This document shows, piece after piece, positions 40,811-50,551 of a stretch of DNA of 64,000 nt; position 1 is the stretch's first letter; each line of letters begins with the position of its first letter. Source of the stretch: an uncultured Verrucomicrobiae bacterium (GTDB lineage Bacteria; Verrucomicrobiota; Verrucomicrobiia; Chthoniobacterales; Chthoniobacteraceae); contig CAVYKI010000012.1 of the NCBI GenBank assembly GCA_963769025.1, forward strand, positions 480,001-544,000, given 5' to 3'. Made by a program: the position numbers and the translations under genes. The notes under the pieces are model-generated. The model saw nothing but the letters and a program-made list of their open reading frames with translations, had not been told where the DNA came from and did no database searches.

Positions 40811-40857
40811 GCACTCGCCCCCTCGACAGCGGAGCCGCGTGGGCGTAGGGTCCATTC

Positions 40858-41046
40858 ATGAGCCAGACCCTGCAATATCTCACTGACGAGCACGGCGATC
40901 GGACTGCCGTCGTTCTGCCCATTGGCGACTACGAGAAGCTTCTGGAGGACTTGAATGACCTCGCCGTGGTTGCCGAACGCCGCGACGAACCCGTAATCTC
41001 ACACGATTCGTTCCTCGCCGAGCTCAAGCGTGATGGAACTCTTTAG
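40858..41046 (+). CDS. Type II antitoxin in cassette 2
   Basis: LQYLTDEHGDRTAVVLPI.DYEKLLEDL; overlaps the toxin; upstream TCGACA-17 bp-TAGGGT promoter-like sequence. Confidence 0.8.
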   Translation: MSQTLQYLTDEHGDRTAVVLPIGDYEKLLEDLNDLAVVAERRDEPVISHDSFLAELKRDGTL

Positions 41047-41296
41047 CATCCAGTGGCGCAACTCCACCAAGAAGGATATTCGCGGGCTGCCTCGGCACGA
41101 GGTTGCCCGCGTCTTCGAGGCGGTGAGCGAACTCGCGAGCGACCCGCTTCCGCATAATTCTCAGAAGCTTTCTGGCGCCGAGCGCACTTACCGCATCCGG
41201 GTCGGAGATTATCGCGTGATCTACGAGGTATTCAGCGACTCGCACATCGTCGAGATTCAGCGGGTCAGGCACCGGAAGGACGTCTATCGTGAATGA
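41033..41296 (+). CDS. relE: RelE/StbE-family toxin
   Basis: KKDIRGL, KLSG....YRIRVGDYRVIYE, HRKDVYR. Confidence 0.9.
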   Translation: MELFSIQWRNSTKKDIRGLPRHEVARVFEAVSELASDPLPHNSQKLSGAERTYRIRVGDYRVIYEVFSDSHIVEIQRVRHRKDVYRE

Positions 41297-41303
41297 CCCG
41301 CGC

Positions 41304-41421
41304 GCCTAACATGGCGGTGGAGCTAACGACTTCCGCGCGTCATGCCGGCTGCTCCGCTCGCGGACTCGCTCCGGCAGCCGTCACGCCGCGCTCCAGTCGT
41401 AGCTCACCTTGGGCGTTAGGC
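41304..41421 (+). other. attC site 2 (118 bp)
   Basis: GCCTAAC-atggcggtggagctaacgact...agtcgtagctcaccttgggc-GTTAGGC. Confidence 0.88.
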
Positions 41422-41455
41422 GTTGCAATCCCGCGGACTTCCCAAACTCCTAATT

Positions 41456-41899
41456 ATGAAATCAGAATCTATCCTTGCGCGTATTGCCCGAATCGTTGGA
41501 ACCATTTGTCTTCTCCTAGGACTCTGGCCAGGTGTAGTGGTCCTTGATACTCCCGTAGATAGGTTTCTAAAAGGGGCCGTTCCGGCGCTCGCGATTCAAG
41601 GAAGTAGCAACTTCATTCCCCCGAGCCCGCCTGCAGATGATACATTCACCGAATCAATTCACTGGCTTGTTCGCATTGGCGTGCCCATCAGACCATTCTT
41701 CTCCGCCGAGTGGACTCGAGTCGTCGAAGGCAAAACAGACGGAAAGGTTCGCATCAAAACAAGGGAGAAAACATCGTCCTTAACAAGTGGCGAGCTTATG
41801 GGGCTGGTGTATTCAGCGCTCTTGATTGCCTCCGGGATTGTTCTTCTCCGACTTTTCAGACGTCAACGCGGTGACGACAATGCACAGAAAAGCGCCTAA
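41456..41899 (+). CDS. Cassette 3 hypothetical membrane protein (2 TM, low GC)
   Basis: ORF fills the cassette; its TAA lies inside GCCTAAC of the next attC. Confidence 0.7.
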   Translation: MKSESILARIARIVGTICLLLGLWPGVVVLDTPVDRFLKGAVPALAIQGSSNFIPPSPPADDTFTESIHWLVRIGVPIRPFFSAEWTRVVEGKTDGKVRIKTREKTSSLTSGELMGLVYSALLIASGIVLLRLFRRQRGDDNAQKSA

Positions 41900-41911
41900 C
41901 CATGCGCTGCA
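41894..41911 (+). other. Truncated attC site 3
   Basis: GCCTAACCATGCGCTGCA matches the start of attC1, then stops abruptly. Confidence 0.7.
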
Positions 41912-42038
41912 TCCTCTTTGGTATCCGCAGAACTTGCGTAAGTCTGCGTTGTCATAGGAGATAGTCACTACACGGGTTTCGGCGATAGCGCAAGATTCCG
42001 TTAGTTCACCGGGCGATTTGCATGGAATCTGTCTGGAA

Positions 42039-43165
42039 TCACGTATTTCTCACCACGTCCACATTCGTTTCAAGACACGGGCGCAAGCCAAGGTCATTTG
42101 CACCAACGTGAAGCCAATCGTCGGGCTTTTGGTAAATGTCGAAACCACGGCCAATTTTTACACTCCAGCCGTTGCTCAACCGGACTTCGCGGTCGTGCAG
42201 AGTTCCAGTTTCGCGAACCTCCAAAGCCGTATCGAACTGCTTCAGACTATCGGCGATGGTGTAAAGCTTGGCGATGGCTTCATCGCGCTCGGGCTGGTTG
42301 TCGAATCTTGTGATGAGAATGATCTTTTTTGGTTTGCCGATTCGGACCGCAGTCTCGCAGAAGCGTAGGAAGTTCACGATTTGATGGTGCGCGCGGATGT
42401 AAGGATCTTCGACCACGATCTCCTCCGCACCTGGCAGGTAGTCGGCAAAAATCGTGTCGTAGCCAAACCCCGTGGCACCATAGTGAATCCGATAATGGCG
42501 CTCCTTTGGGGCCTGAGTCCCATCGTCGATGGGTGCTATTACCGCAGCGGAGGCAACGGTAGAAGGTTCCTGCTGCGGAGGAACCGATGGTCGCGCAACC
42601 TCGACCTTGCCCGCCGATTTCGCATCCTTATCGAGCGTTTTCCGAACCGGCTCCTGAGTTGCTGCTGCATTCCTGGATTCCTGAGCAATAGACGACGACG
42701 GTTTTTCCATCCGCATCCAGGTATCCGAGGTTTATCTTGGCGAATTCGTCGTCGGGCTTCCGTTTGTTGAGCTGCTCCTTTACGCGCCGGCGTCCTTCGA
42801 TTGCGTATTCCAAATACTCCCGAAACTCATCCGCTGTGCGCTCGATGCCTGGGTGGATCATTTTCAGAAATGCACACACCGTCTTGAGCACCGCTGTCTG
42901 ATCCCGTTGATCGTAGCCCGCACTGAGCTTCGCGGTCGCTTTGACCTGAGCGAAGCGATTGGTTTTCCGGGCCAGGTGATGAAATGCCTCGGCGAGATAC
43001 TCGATGATCAAACCGTATTGCCGAGTGAGATTCTCGTCCTTGTTCTTTGGGATCTCCCACCGGAACAAACGTGTGGAAGCGATCCAGGATCGCCAGATCG
43101 AAAACCGGATGCAGCGGCTTGAAGAGGTCGTGTTCGTGCGAATTGACGATCGCCTCACCGCGCAC
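42039..43165 (-). pseudogene. brxL: 3' remnant of BREX Lon-like BrxL with C-terminal MIT_C (PLD-like) domain
   Basis: DLAILDRFH..VP.WEIPK, YGL..EYLAE, RDQTAV.KT, EYAIEGRRRVKEQL, EDPYIR..HQ..N, LHDREVRLSNGW.VKIGRG.D.YQ; N-terminal ATPase half absent. Confidence 0.75.
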
Positions 43166-43169
43166 ATTC

Positions 43170-44021
43170 TGCTCCACACGCCCGCCCTCTGCCACTTCGT
43201 TGCGAAACGAACGACGACTCCGCAGCGCCGAGCGCGTGGCAATCGACGCGAGCGGCAACTCTCCCGATAGCATTTGCACCAGCGCGCTCTCCGGAAACAA
43301 GCGCACGCCCATTTTCTCGAAGGCCGCGAGCCACTCCTTGCGCGGATGCACGTCGTCAGGAACGATCACGATGCAATCTTCACCGGCGAGAACCTTGTAG
43401 ATCCAGCATTGGCCGAGCGCCTTGTTCATCGCTGCCGTTGTCACGTCCGTCTTGCACTCCACCAGCGTCCCAAAGATGCGGAAGTCGGCGCGGCACAGCG
43501 CGGCTTTCACACCGGGTTCCCGCTCGTAGGCGATGCCGAAACGCGTGAACACCTCCGCGATATGATCCGCGAACGATCGCTTCGAAGCCGTAGATCCGGC
43601 TGACCCATTCGTAGCGCCGGTGATTAACCCGATTCTGCGGATACTTCACCTCCAGACGCCCTTTGAGCCGCCAATACGATTTGCGAGTGCGAAGGTCGTT
43701 CCAGATGGATTTGCGATTCCACCCGCGCTGCTGGCATGTCGTTTCCACTCCGATTCCCTTTCGTAGCTGCCAGAGACACCCTGCCATGCGCTGACGGCTC
43801 GCCTTCTCATCCCGCACCACTTGTTCCCGGCGCTCGCGTGCGATCTTCATGGGCCGTTCGTTGCCTTGATACACGCCCGCCTCGACTAAAATGGTCCGAA
43901 TGTTCGCGAGCGTGATGCCGCCGCTCATGTAACGGCCAATCGCCTTGATGCCGAATTTTTCCGCGGTGTAGAGACGGATGATCTCCGCGCGGCGCTGTGG
44001 CCCGACTTGATCTAGCTTCAT
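43170..44021 (-). CDS. Hypothetical protein with possible N-terminal HTH and PD-(D/E)xK-like C-terminal part; frameshift near 43575
   Basis: IIRLY...FGIKAIGR; RADFRIFGTLVECKTD...ALGQC..Y; 3' end runs into the brxL remnant. Confidence 0.45.
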
Positions 44022-44189
44022 TCCGCGGCGCAGGCGTCAACCAGGCGCGGCGGATGCCGCGTTCATTTCAGCAGGCCGCCACGACCCGAAGAAAACCGTG
44101 AACGTCGAGCCGTGGAGAGTCCCGCGTGGGGAACACGTATCAGCCTGAGAAGCCGCGCGAGCAGGCGCAGTGGATTAGGTGAGGAACCG

Positions 44190-44345
44190 ATGCTTCACTC
44201 AGCCACGGAATTCCTCAGTGGCCGACCGGAGTTGCAGCGGATACGGCGAGTCCGCGCGCTTCATCACCACGCCCTCGAAGAAATCACAGCCGAGCACGCG
44301 GTTCGCATCACGAAGCCGCTGGTAGAAAGCGAGCGCGTCAGCGTG
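44190..44345 (-). pseudogene. C-terminal fragment of an ATP-dependent DNA ligase-like protein
   Basis: FEGVVMKRADSPY........WVKHR (ligase motifs IV and V). Confidence 0.55.
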
Positions 44346-44606
44346 GGAATCAGCGCGCATCGTTGGCGTCAGCACAACAGCCCCGCAAGGCACCGCGCGC
44401 GAAGTCACATGGCGATGCGCTGGCGTTCTACCAACGGCGCCGTGATGCAAACCGAATTTACCCAGCGCGATTACGGAGCGCGACGGAGGAGTGCCGGAGC
44501 TGGGTGAAGCACACGGTCACAGGCACGCTCCGCATCGAACGGGCGGGCCAGTCACCCTGACCGTCCTCGGCCAGTCGTGCGTTTGACCCGCTGGTCGTGC
44601 CGCACG

Positions 44607-44622
44607 CGGCATCGTAACTGCT
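44607..44622 (+). promoter_or_regulatory. sigma54 promoter of the minor-pilin operon
   Basis: CGGCATCGTAACTGCT = GG-N10-GC, 35 bp before the ATG. Confidence 0.6.
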
Positions 44623-44656
44623 TAAAAGGAAGTTCGTTTCTTCTACCCAAAAACTA

Positions 44657-45202
44657 ATGATACCTCCGAGGAAGCCGCTTTCGAAGCTGCGGGCACTCAC
44701 CCGCAGCGCAGGCTTTACGCTCATCGAAGCCGCCATTGCGGTGGCGATCGTGGCGATTGGGTTTCTGGGGGCGTTCGCGACGGTTTTGCAGGCCGGGAAG
44801 ATGGTCTCCGCGGCGGAGGAGGAGGCGCTGGTCATGAGCAGCCTCGAGCAGCGCATGGATCAGCTCCGGCTGCTGCAATGGCCGGCGCTGACGGACGGCA
44901 CGGGGATCACTTCCACCGTCTGGACGGCGCGCCCAGAAGCAATGACAGGCATCACGGTTTCGCAGGAGACCATCACGATCTCGGGGAGCGACGTGGGGAT
45001 CACCCAGATCCTCACGGCCACGTGGAATGGCACATCAAGTCCGACGACGAGCTTCTCCATCGGCACCGCGCTGAGCGGGGCGACCGCGGTGAAGGTCGTC
45101 TCCACGCTCACCTGGACGGGCCGCCGGTCGGGGCGCACGCAGACGCGCGGCATCATCACCGTAATTTCACGCGGAGGTATTTCAAAAAGTGTTCGCCCAT
45201 AA
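44657..45202 (+). CDS. Prepilin-type minor pilin (PilV-like)
   Basis: AG|FTLIEAAIAVAIV. Confidence 0.8.
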   Translation: MIPPRKPLSKLRALTRSAGFTLIEAAIAVAIVAIGFLGAFATVLQAGKMVSAAEEEALVMSSLEQRMDQLRLLQWPALTDGTGITSTVWTARPEAMTGITVSQETITISGSDVGITQILTATWNGTSSPTTSFSIGTALSGATAVKVVSTLTWTGRRSGRTQTRGIITVISRGGISKSVRP

Positions 45203-45809
45203 ATCCATCCGGCGGTCCGCCGCCTTCACGCTCGCGGAAATGCTCGTGGGCATGGCCATCTTCGGCGTCTTCATGACCGGGATCCTGACGACCTGGACTT
45301 CGGTGAGCTACTCGGGCCTGAACACCACCGCCTACGCCGCGCGGCAGAGCGACGAGATGCGCGTGCTCGACTACGTGAAGCGCGACATCCGCCGCGCGAC
45401 CTCGGTCCAGATTTACAATGGCGCAACCCTGATCACCGACACCACGACCTTCGGCACGGAACTGCGGCTCACCATCCCGGCCTACTATTCCGACACCCGG
45501 GAGGAGGATAACGCGATCGGCACGAGGACCACGGTCGCACCGTCCGTGAGCGGGACCACCGTGAGCTATGGGAGCCCGCTGACCGTCCGCTATTATGCCA
45601 CAGGAGGCGCGGCGATCCGAGCCGAGGGCGGCACCCTGCGGACCATCGCCAATGCCGCCGGGGCATTCACGCTTTCATTCAAAAAGGAGACCAGTGGCGC
45701 CATCCGCGCCCGCGTCATTTTCAACCAGCCGACGAGCGGGGCCAAGGCCCGGACGATCAGCCGCCAGGTGGATACGCTCTGCGTCCCGCGTTTCGAATAC
45801 CAGCTCTGA
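45189..45809 (+). CDS. Prepilin-type minor pilin (PilW/PulJ-like)
   Basis: AA|FTLAEMLVGMAIF, LDYVKRDIRRA. Confidence 0.8.
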   Translation: MFAHKSIRRSAAFTLAEMLVGMAIFGVFMTGILTTWTSVSYSGLNTTAYAARQSDEMRVLDYVKRDIRRATSVQIYNGATLITDTTTFGTELRLTIPAYYSDTREEDNAIGTRTTVAPSVSGTTVSYGSPLTVRYYATGGAAIRAEGGTLRTIANAAGAFTLSFKKETSGAIRARVIFNQPTSGAKARTISRQVDTLCVPRFEYQL

Positions 45810-45821
45810 GTCCTGACCCCG

Positions 45822-47244
45822 ATGAAAACGAAAACCCTGATTCCACTTCCGTCGCGCAAGTCCGGGTCGGCGATCCTCGCCGCCCTCGGGATTCTCGCGC
45901 TGACCTCGATGCTCGTCGGCTCGGCGCTGCTGGAGGCGCGAAACCGCTACCGCACCAGCCACCATTCCTCCTGCTGGTCCCAGGCGGCTCCCGCGGCGGA
46001 GGCCGGCATCGAGCTGGCGCTCATGAGCGCCCAAGGCAACACCTGGGTCGCGAATGGCTGGTCCGCCGCGCCCGGCGCGCCGGGTGCCGCGGCCGTGACG
46101 AAGAGCTTCACGCTTTCCACCGGCGTGGCGGCGACGGGGACCATCAGCGCGGATGTTTCCGTCGATACAATCACCCTTTCAGGCAAGGCCTGGCTCCGCA
46201 TCCGCTCCACCGGCCGGGCAGACCTCTCCGGCGGCGCGGTCGCCGGCGTGGATGCGCAGGACGTGATGCTCCGCAAGCTGAGCCTGCGGCACGGACCGCG
46301 TGACTGGCGCGAGCATGGGCACGACGCCCCAGGCGACCCGGACGATCGAAGTCCTCGCCGAGCCTTCCACCAAATCCCTTTTCGTGCGACCGCTCCTGAT
46401 GCAGCAGAAATTCACCATGAGCGGCGGCTGGGTGGACAGCTTCGACTCCGACGATCCGACGAAATCGACCAGCGGCCTCTACGACGTCGCAAAACGCCAG
46501 TCGAATGGCGAAGTGGCCATCATCGACACCCAAGGCTCCTCGAACCTGGGAGGCGCCCCCGTCTATGGCAATCTGGCCTATGGCACTGGCGGAGCGCCCA
46601 CAGGCACGGGCGGCGTGACGGGCACGATCACGACTCCATTTTCCGAAACAATCCAGCCCGTGACCGCACCGACGTGGACGACCTTCAACGCCACGCCCAC
46701 CGTGATCAGCAACTCCACGACGCTGACGGGCGGCACGGAGGCCTCGCCGGCACGCTACAAAGTCACCGGGTTGACCGTGAGTGGCGGCAAAGTGCTCACC
46801 ATGGCTCCGCATGCAGTCGGCGCGGAGAGCTACATCGAGGTCTGGGTCACGGGAAGCTTCACGACCTCCGGCAGCGGCTACATCCTCCAGCAGCCCGGCG
46901 TCCACGTGACCTATCACATTCAGGGCGACGTCACGGTTTCCGGCTCGTCCTTCCAAAACCAGAGCAACCGCGCCGCCAACAACATGATCAACGTCATCAG
47001 CACGGGCGCATCATCCAGCCAAAAGGTCACCGTCTCCGGCAGCGGGACGTTCATCGGCGTGATCAATGCGCCGGCGGCCGCCTTCACCGCCTCCGGCAGC
47101 GCGACGATGAGCGGCGCGATCATCGGCAAGACCATGAACATCAGCGGCGGCGCGAACGTGCATTACGACGAGGCGCTTTCCCGCATGGGCGGAGGCAGCG
47201 GCGGCGGCTACACCGTGCGGAGTTTCGTCGAGGGCGTGAGGTAA
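45822..47244 (+). CDS. PilX-like protein with beta-rich C-terminal domain; frameshift near 46295
   Basis: SG|SAILAAL, A..AAEAGIE.A, VDSFDS, GVINAP, GAIIG, VHYDEAL. Confidence 0.75.
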
Positions 47245-47380
47245 CCGGACGGTCCATGGAGCGGCGGTTTGCGATCGCCACGGAAATTGCGATGGGCGGA
47301 ACGGCTCGCGGGGTGGAAACGGGCCCCAAGCGTTCCAGCCGGAAGGCACTCGAAAAGCGCCCCACCTTGAGCAGACCGTC

Positions 47381-47941
47381 TTACTTCCGGACCAAAGCCC
47401 CAAGATTCATCAACCCCACCCGCCCGGCAGGGTTCTCGGGGTCCGGCCGGATGGCGAAATCGAGGACCCGGACGAAGGAGTTCTGCTGACCGAGGTCGGC
47501 CACCGCGACGAGCATCGCGGCGATGTTGCGGCCCTCCCCATCGATCGGCATGGCCACGGACCAGTAGTCATGCTCATACCCGGGAAGCTCCGGCTCATCC
47601 CGTGTCGTATTCAGGCGGATCAAGGGCACGCTGATGCCGGAGCGGGCAAAATGATCTTTCAACAATCCCGGCATCCATACCATGGCGGAGCCCGCCGGCT
47701 GTCCGTCCTGAGCCCGATTCAGCTCGCTCCTGACCCGGTTTGCAGCCGCTTCCTCGGCGTTCATTTCGGAAATCGTTTCATGCACACCGGCCACCTTCGC
47801 CCTCAAGGCGACGAGTTCGGAGAGCGCCTCGCCTTCCCGCTGCCTGAGAGGAACGATGAATTCCGCATGGAACTCCCAGCCTGCCGCGAGCGCCAGGACT
47901 CCGATGCCTCCAAGCAACGCCCATGTCTTTGCGGTTGCCAT
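47381..47941 (-). CDS. PilO/GspM-like membrane protein
   Basis: N-terminal TM, coiled coil, ferredoxin-like C-terminus (MLVAVADL.QQNSFVRV..FAIRP). Confidence 0.55.
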   Translation of the reverse strand: MATAKTWALLGGIGVLALAAGWEFHAEFIVPLRQREGEALSELVALRAKVAGVHETISEMNAEEAAANRVRSELNRAQDGQPAGSAMVWMPGLLKDHFARSGISVPLIRLNTTRDEPELPGYEHDYWSVAMPIDGEGRNIAAMLVAVADLGQQNSFVRVLDFAIRPDPENPAGRVGLMNLGALVRK

Positions 47942-47943
47942 GG

Positions 47944-49257
47944 TCAGTGCCCTCCCCCGCTTGATGCCACCGGGGGCTCCGGCGAGCCGATGGTGGCGAT
48001 CATCACAAAACCAGCCCGCTTTTCATCCGGACGCGCACCGCCCGAATCCTCTAGCCGTTCGAAACGCGTGCTCACGGTGCGCCCGTTAACGACCTTCTTC
48101 ATGCCTTCCTCCACCGACTGCCGGAACCGATCGGCCATTTGCCGAGGCACCGCCCCGCCCGCCGCACCCCGGACGCGGATTTCGCATGCATCCGGATCCG
48201 CGGTGCCGGCCCGGGCGTCCACTCCGAGGATGTCGATCCTCGCGTCCCCCGGCGGCACGATGCAGCGGAGCATCGGCGCCCAATGCGGCTTTGCGCGTTC
48301 GGCTGAAATGAGCGCGAGTTGATTCCGTTCCAGCGCATTCTGCGCCCGGACCGCGAGGGCCTTCTGCAGCTGCGGCGAAACTGCCGCCAGCTCCCCCTGG
48401 AGCGCCACGCGGTTCACCGACACCTCATTGAGCCGGGCGCGCGCATTCAGAAATTCGTTCCCAAGTCCCGCCGCAAGGAGGAGCAGGAGGGCAATCCCCG
48501 CAAGCATGTACGCCCTGAAGACACCGCCCGCACGAACCCGCGGTTCACCAACGAAAATCGCGTCCGGGAGCGCGTCTCCCGAGTCGGCATTCTGGGCGCG
48601 GGCGAGAATCTGCGCCACTTTTTCCGCGAGAGCGGGATCTTCCGGCCCCTTGGATCCGCCTGCCGGCCCTGTGCCGGATGAACGGTAAATCCGAGAAGGA
48701 ATTGGTTCGGTCGGCGTGCCATCAAGCACGCTATGGACCGTGCCTCGCAGTTCCATGACCGCAATCGAGCCGAGCAGATTTTTCGCGTCGAACGGCTTCT
48801 GTAGCACGCTGCCGCCAATACTCCTGATGAACAGTTGCGTGTCCTCGTCGTTGGAATCGGCGGACATGAACACGAACCGTTCGCAAAGATCCGGATCGAC
48901 CCGCCGTACCGACTGAAAGAACATTTCGGGCGCCAGTCCCGGCATCTTCAGATCGTAGAGGACCAAGGAAAAATCGCCGTCCATCACGCGCCTGAGGCCT
49001 TCCTGGCTGTTCTCGACCGCCACGACCTCGTACCCGTTTTCAAACAGGCAGTCCTCGATTGCCTCGCGAAAACACGGGTCAGCCTCGAGCAGCAGCACCC
49101 GTCCCTTTTCGAAAACTCCACCGCCCGCCGGGGTCAGGAAACGCTCTTCGCATGCAACCGTCCGTCCGAGCACGGTCCCGAGCCCCTCGCCAACGGGAAG
49201 CAGGTCGCGACCGGGCGTGACTGCATCGGCTAGCAGGGTATTCAGAGGTTGATTCAC
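47944..49257 (-). CDS. Receiver domain fused to TM, coiled coil and PilN-like domain
   Basis: RVLLLEAD, LVLYDLKMPG, FMSA, LQKPFD; then TM, coiled coil, PHWAPMLR, IRVRG; start codon uncertain. Confidence 0.65.
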   Translation of the reverse strand: MNQPLNTLLADAVTPGRDLLPVGEGLGTVLGRTVACEERFLTPAGGGVFEKGRVLLLEADPCFREAIEDCLFENGYEVVAVENSQEGLRRVMDGDFSLVLYDLKMPGLAPEMFFQSVRRVDPDLCERFVFMSADSNDEDTQLFIRSIGGSVLQKPFDAKNLLGSIAVMELRGTVHSVLDGTPTEPIPSRIYRSSGTGPAGGSKGPEDPALAEKVAQILARAQNADSGDALPDAIFVGEPRVRAGGVFRAYMLAGIALLLLLAAGLGNEFLNARARLNEVSVNRVALQGELAAVSPQLQKALAVRAQNALERNQLALISAERAKPHWAPMLRCIVPPGDARIDILGVDARAGTADPDACEIRVRGAAGGAVPRQMADRFRQSVEEGMKKVVNGRTVSTRFERLEDSGGARPDEKRAGFVMIATIGSPEPPVASSGGGH

Positions 49258-49377
49258 TGGTGGATTGGGCTGGCGGTTTCGGGCTGTGTTCCCGGTCCCT
49301 GTCAGCCGTCGGCAATACGCAGAAAACGTGCCGGATTGGCGCCGAATCCAGGGAGGCTTTCGGGAGAACGGCGAGGG

Positions 49378-49700
49378 GTTATCATCATCACCGACCACAT
49401 GATGCCCGGCTGGGCTGGATGGGAATTGGTGAAGCGGCTAAACTCCCGCCGCGGAAATGGAGAACAAGCGGGAGCTTTCCGACGCCGAGGCCGGTGAGAT
49501 GAGCACGCTCTGGCGCAAGCTTGTGAGGCTCTACCACCCCGACCGGTTCGCGAATGAACCGGGGAAGCTCGAAACGTATGTGAAGCTGACCAGCGCGATC
49601 AATCATGCGCGGGACACCGGAGACCTCACCGCGCTGCGCGAGATCGCCACCCGCTACACGCAATACAATCTCGCCGAGTTGCTGAAAGACAGGCCGGCGG
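49378..49700 (+). pseudogene. Fragments of a receiver domain and a DnaJ/J-domain gene
   Basis: IITDHMMPG..GWELVKRL followed by LWRKLVRLYHPDRF. Confidence 0.45.
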
Positions 49701-49810
49701 GCATTCTCGGGCGCTCAGTAGCGCGCCGGTACGCATGGGGGGCGAGTCCGTGATCGCCGCGGTTTCCCTTCACCCGCGCTATTGCTCCGAACACGCGCGG
49801 ATTGTATTTC

Positions 49811-49882
49811 CAGACTCCCTCACTCCCCGACGCCCGTCCCCGTTCTGACCGCTTCCGGTGCGGCGGGCGCGAAAGCAAATTC
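49811..49882. repeat. 72-bp direct repeat, copy 1 (probable element end)
   Basis: 71/72 identical to 53551-53622. Confidence 0.9.
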
Positions 49883-50122
49883 CTAGCAGACAGACAGACA
49901 GAGACCTTTGACTTCAATACTCCTCTCACGGCGCAACGGCTCACCATCGAGACCGATGTCAGCGGCCTGGGCGAAAGCACATGGGTCGGGATTGATAACA
50001 TCGTGATGAGCCAGTCAATCGCCGCCGTGCCCGAAGCGGCCACCGGCGTGTTCAGCGCGCTCCTGGGCCTCGCCGGCCTCGGCAGCCGCCGCCGGCATCG
50101 CCGACCCGCCTCCGTCTGCTAG
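49883..50122 (+). pseudogene. 3' fragment of a PEP-CTERM-type protein
   Basis: IDNIV...AVPEAATGVFSALLGLAGLGSRRRHRR; 5' part replaced by the 72-bp repeat. Confidence 0.65.
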
Positions 50123-50254
50123 CCTGCCTATTAGCCGGGAACCATCACCGGCCCCGCTGCTGCCGTTCCACTTCTGCCGCCATCTTCATGCGAAGGAGGC
50201 GCAGCATACGGATTCCGATGCCGCTCGCTGACTGTCCGGCTGGCGCGGTCACTG

Positions 50255-50470
50255 GCATGGGCGTCGTCGCCTGCACGGGTGGAGCGTGTGCTCCGTGCAT
50301 GCTTGTGCCTCCGACTGCACACGGGCACTGCGGAAACGCGCGCGGAGCGCACGTCTCACCCTCCCCCCGCCGCACCGTCCGCCGCTGGCTCATTCGACTG
50401 GTGTCTGCGTCCTCGTGTGTGCAGTCCTGCCCGTCGCCGCCAGCTTGCCGGATTTGCCGAGAACGCAACT
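50255..50470. repeat. About 200-bp imperfect direct repeat, copy 1
   Basis: Similar to 51653-51851; best match over 50371-50470. Confidence 0.75.
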
Positions 50471-50551
50471 GGCTGTCCATTGTTCCGGGCGCAAGGTGCG
50501 CGGCTTTCCCATCTTGTCCCAGTGCAGACCGTCTGGTCTCCTCTGTTCCAC

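Larger units (their letters stand above)
40390..41911 (+). mobile_element. Integron gene-cassette array without an adjacent intI (CALIN): three cassettes
   Basis: Complementary core pairs GTTCGGC(40390)/GCCGAAC(40684), GTTAGGC(40804)/GCCTAAC(41304), GTTAGGC(41415)/GCCTAAC(41894). Confidence 0.85.
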
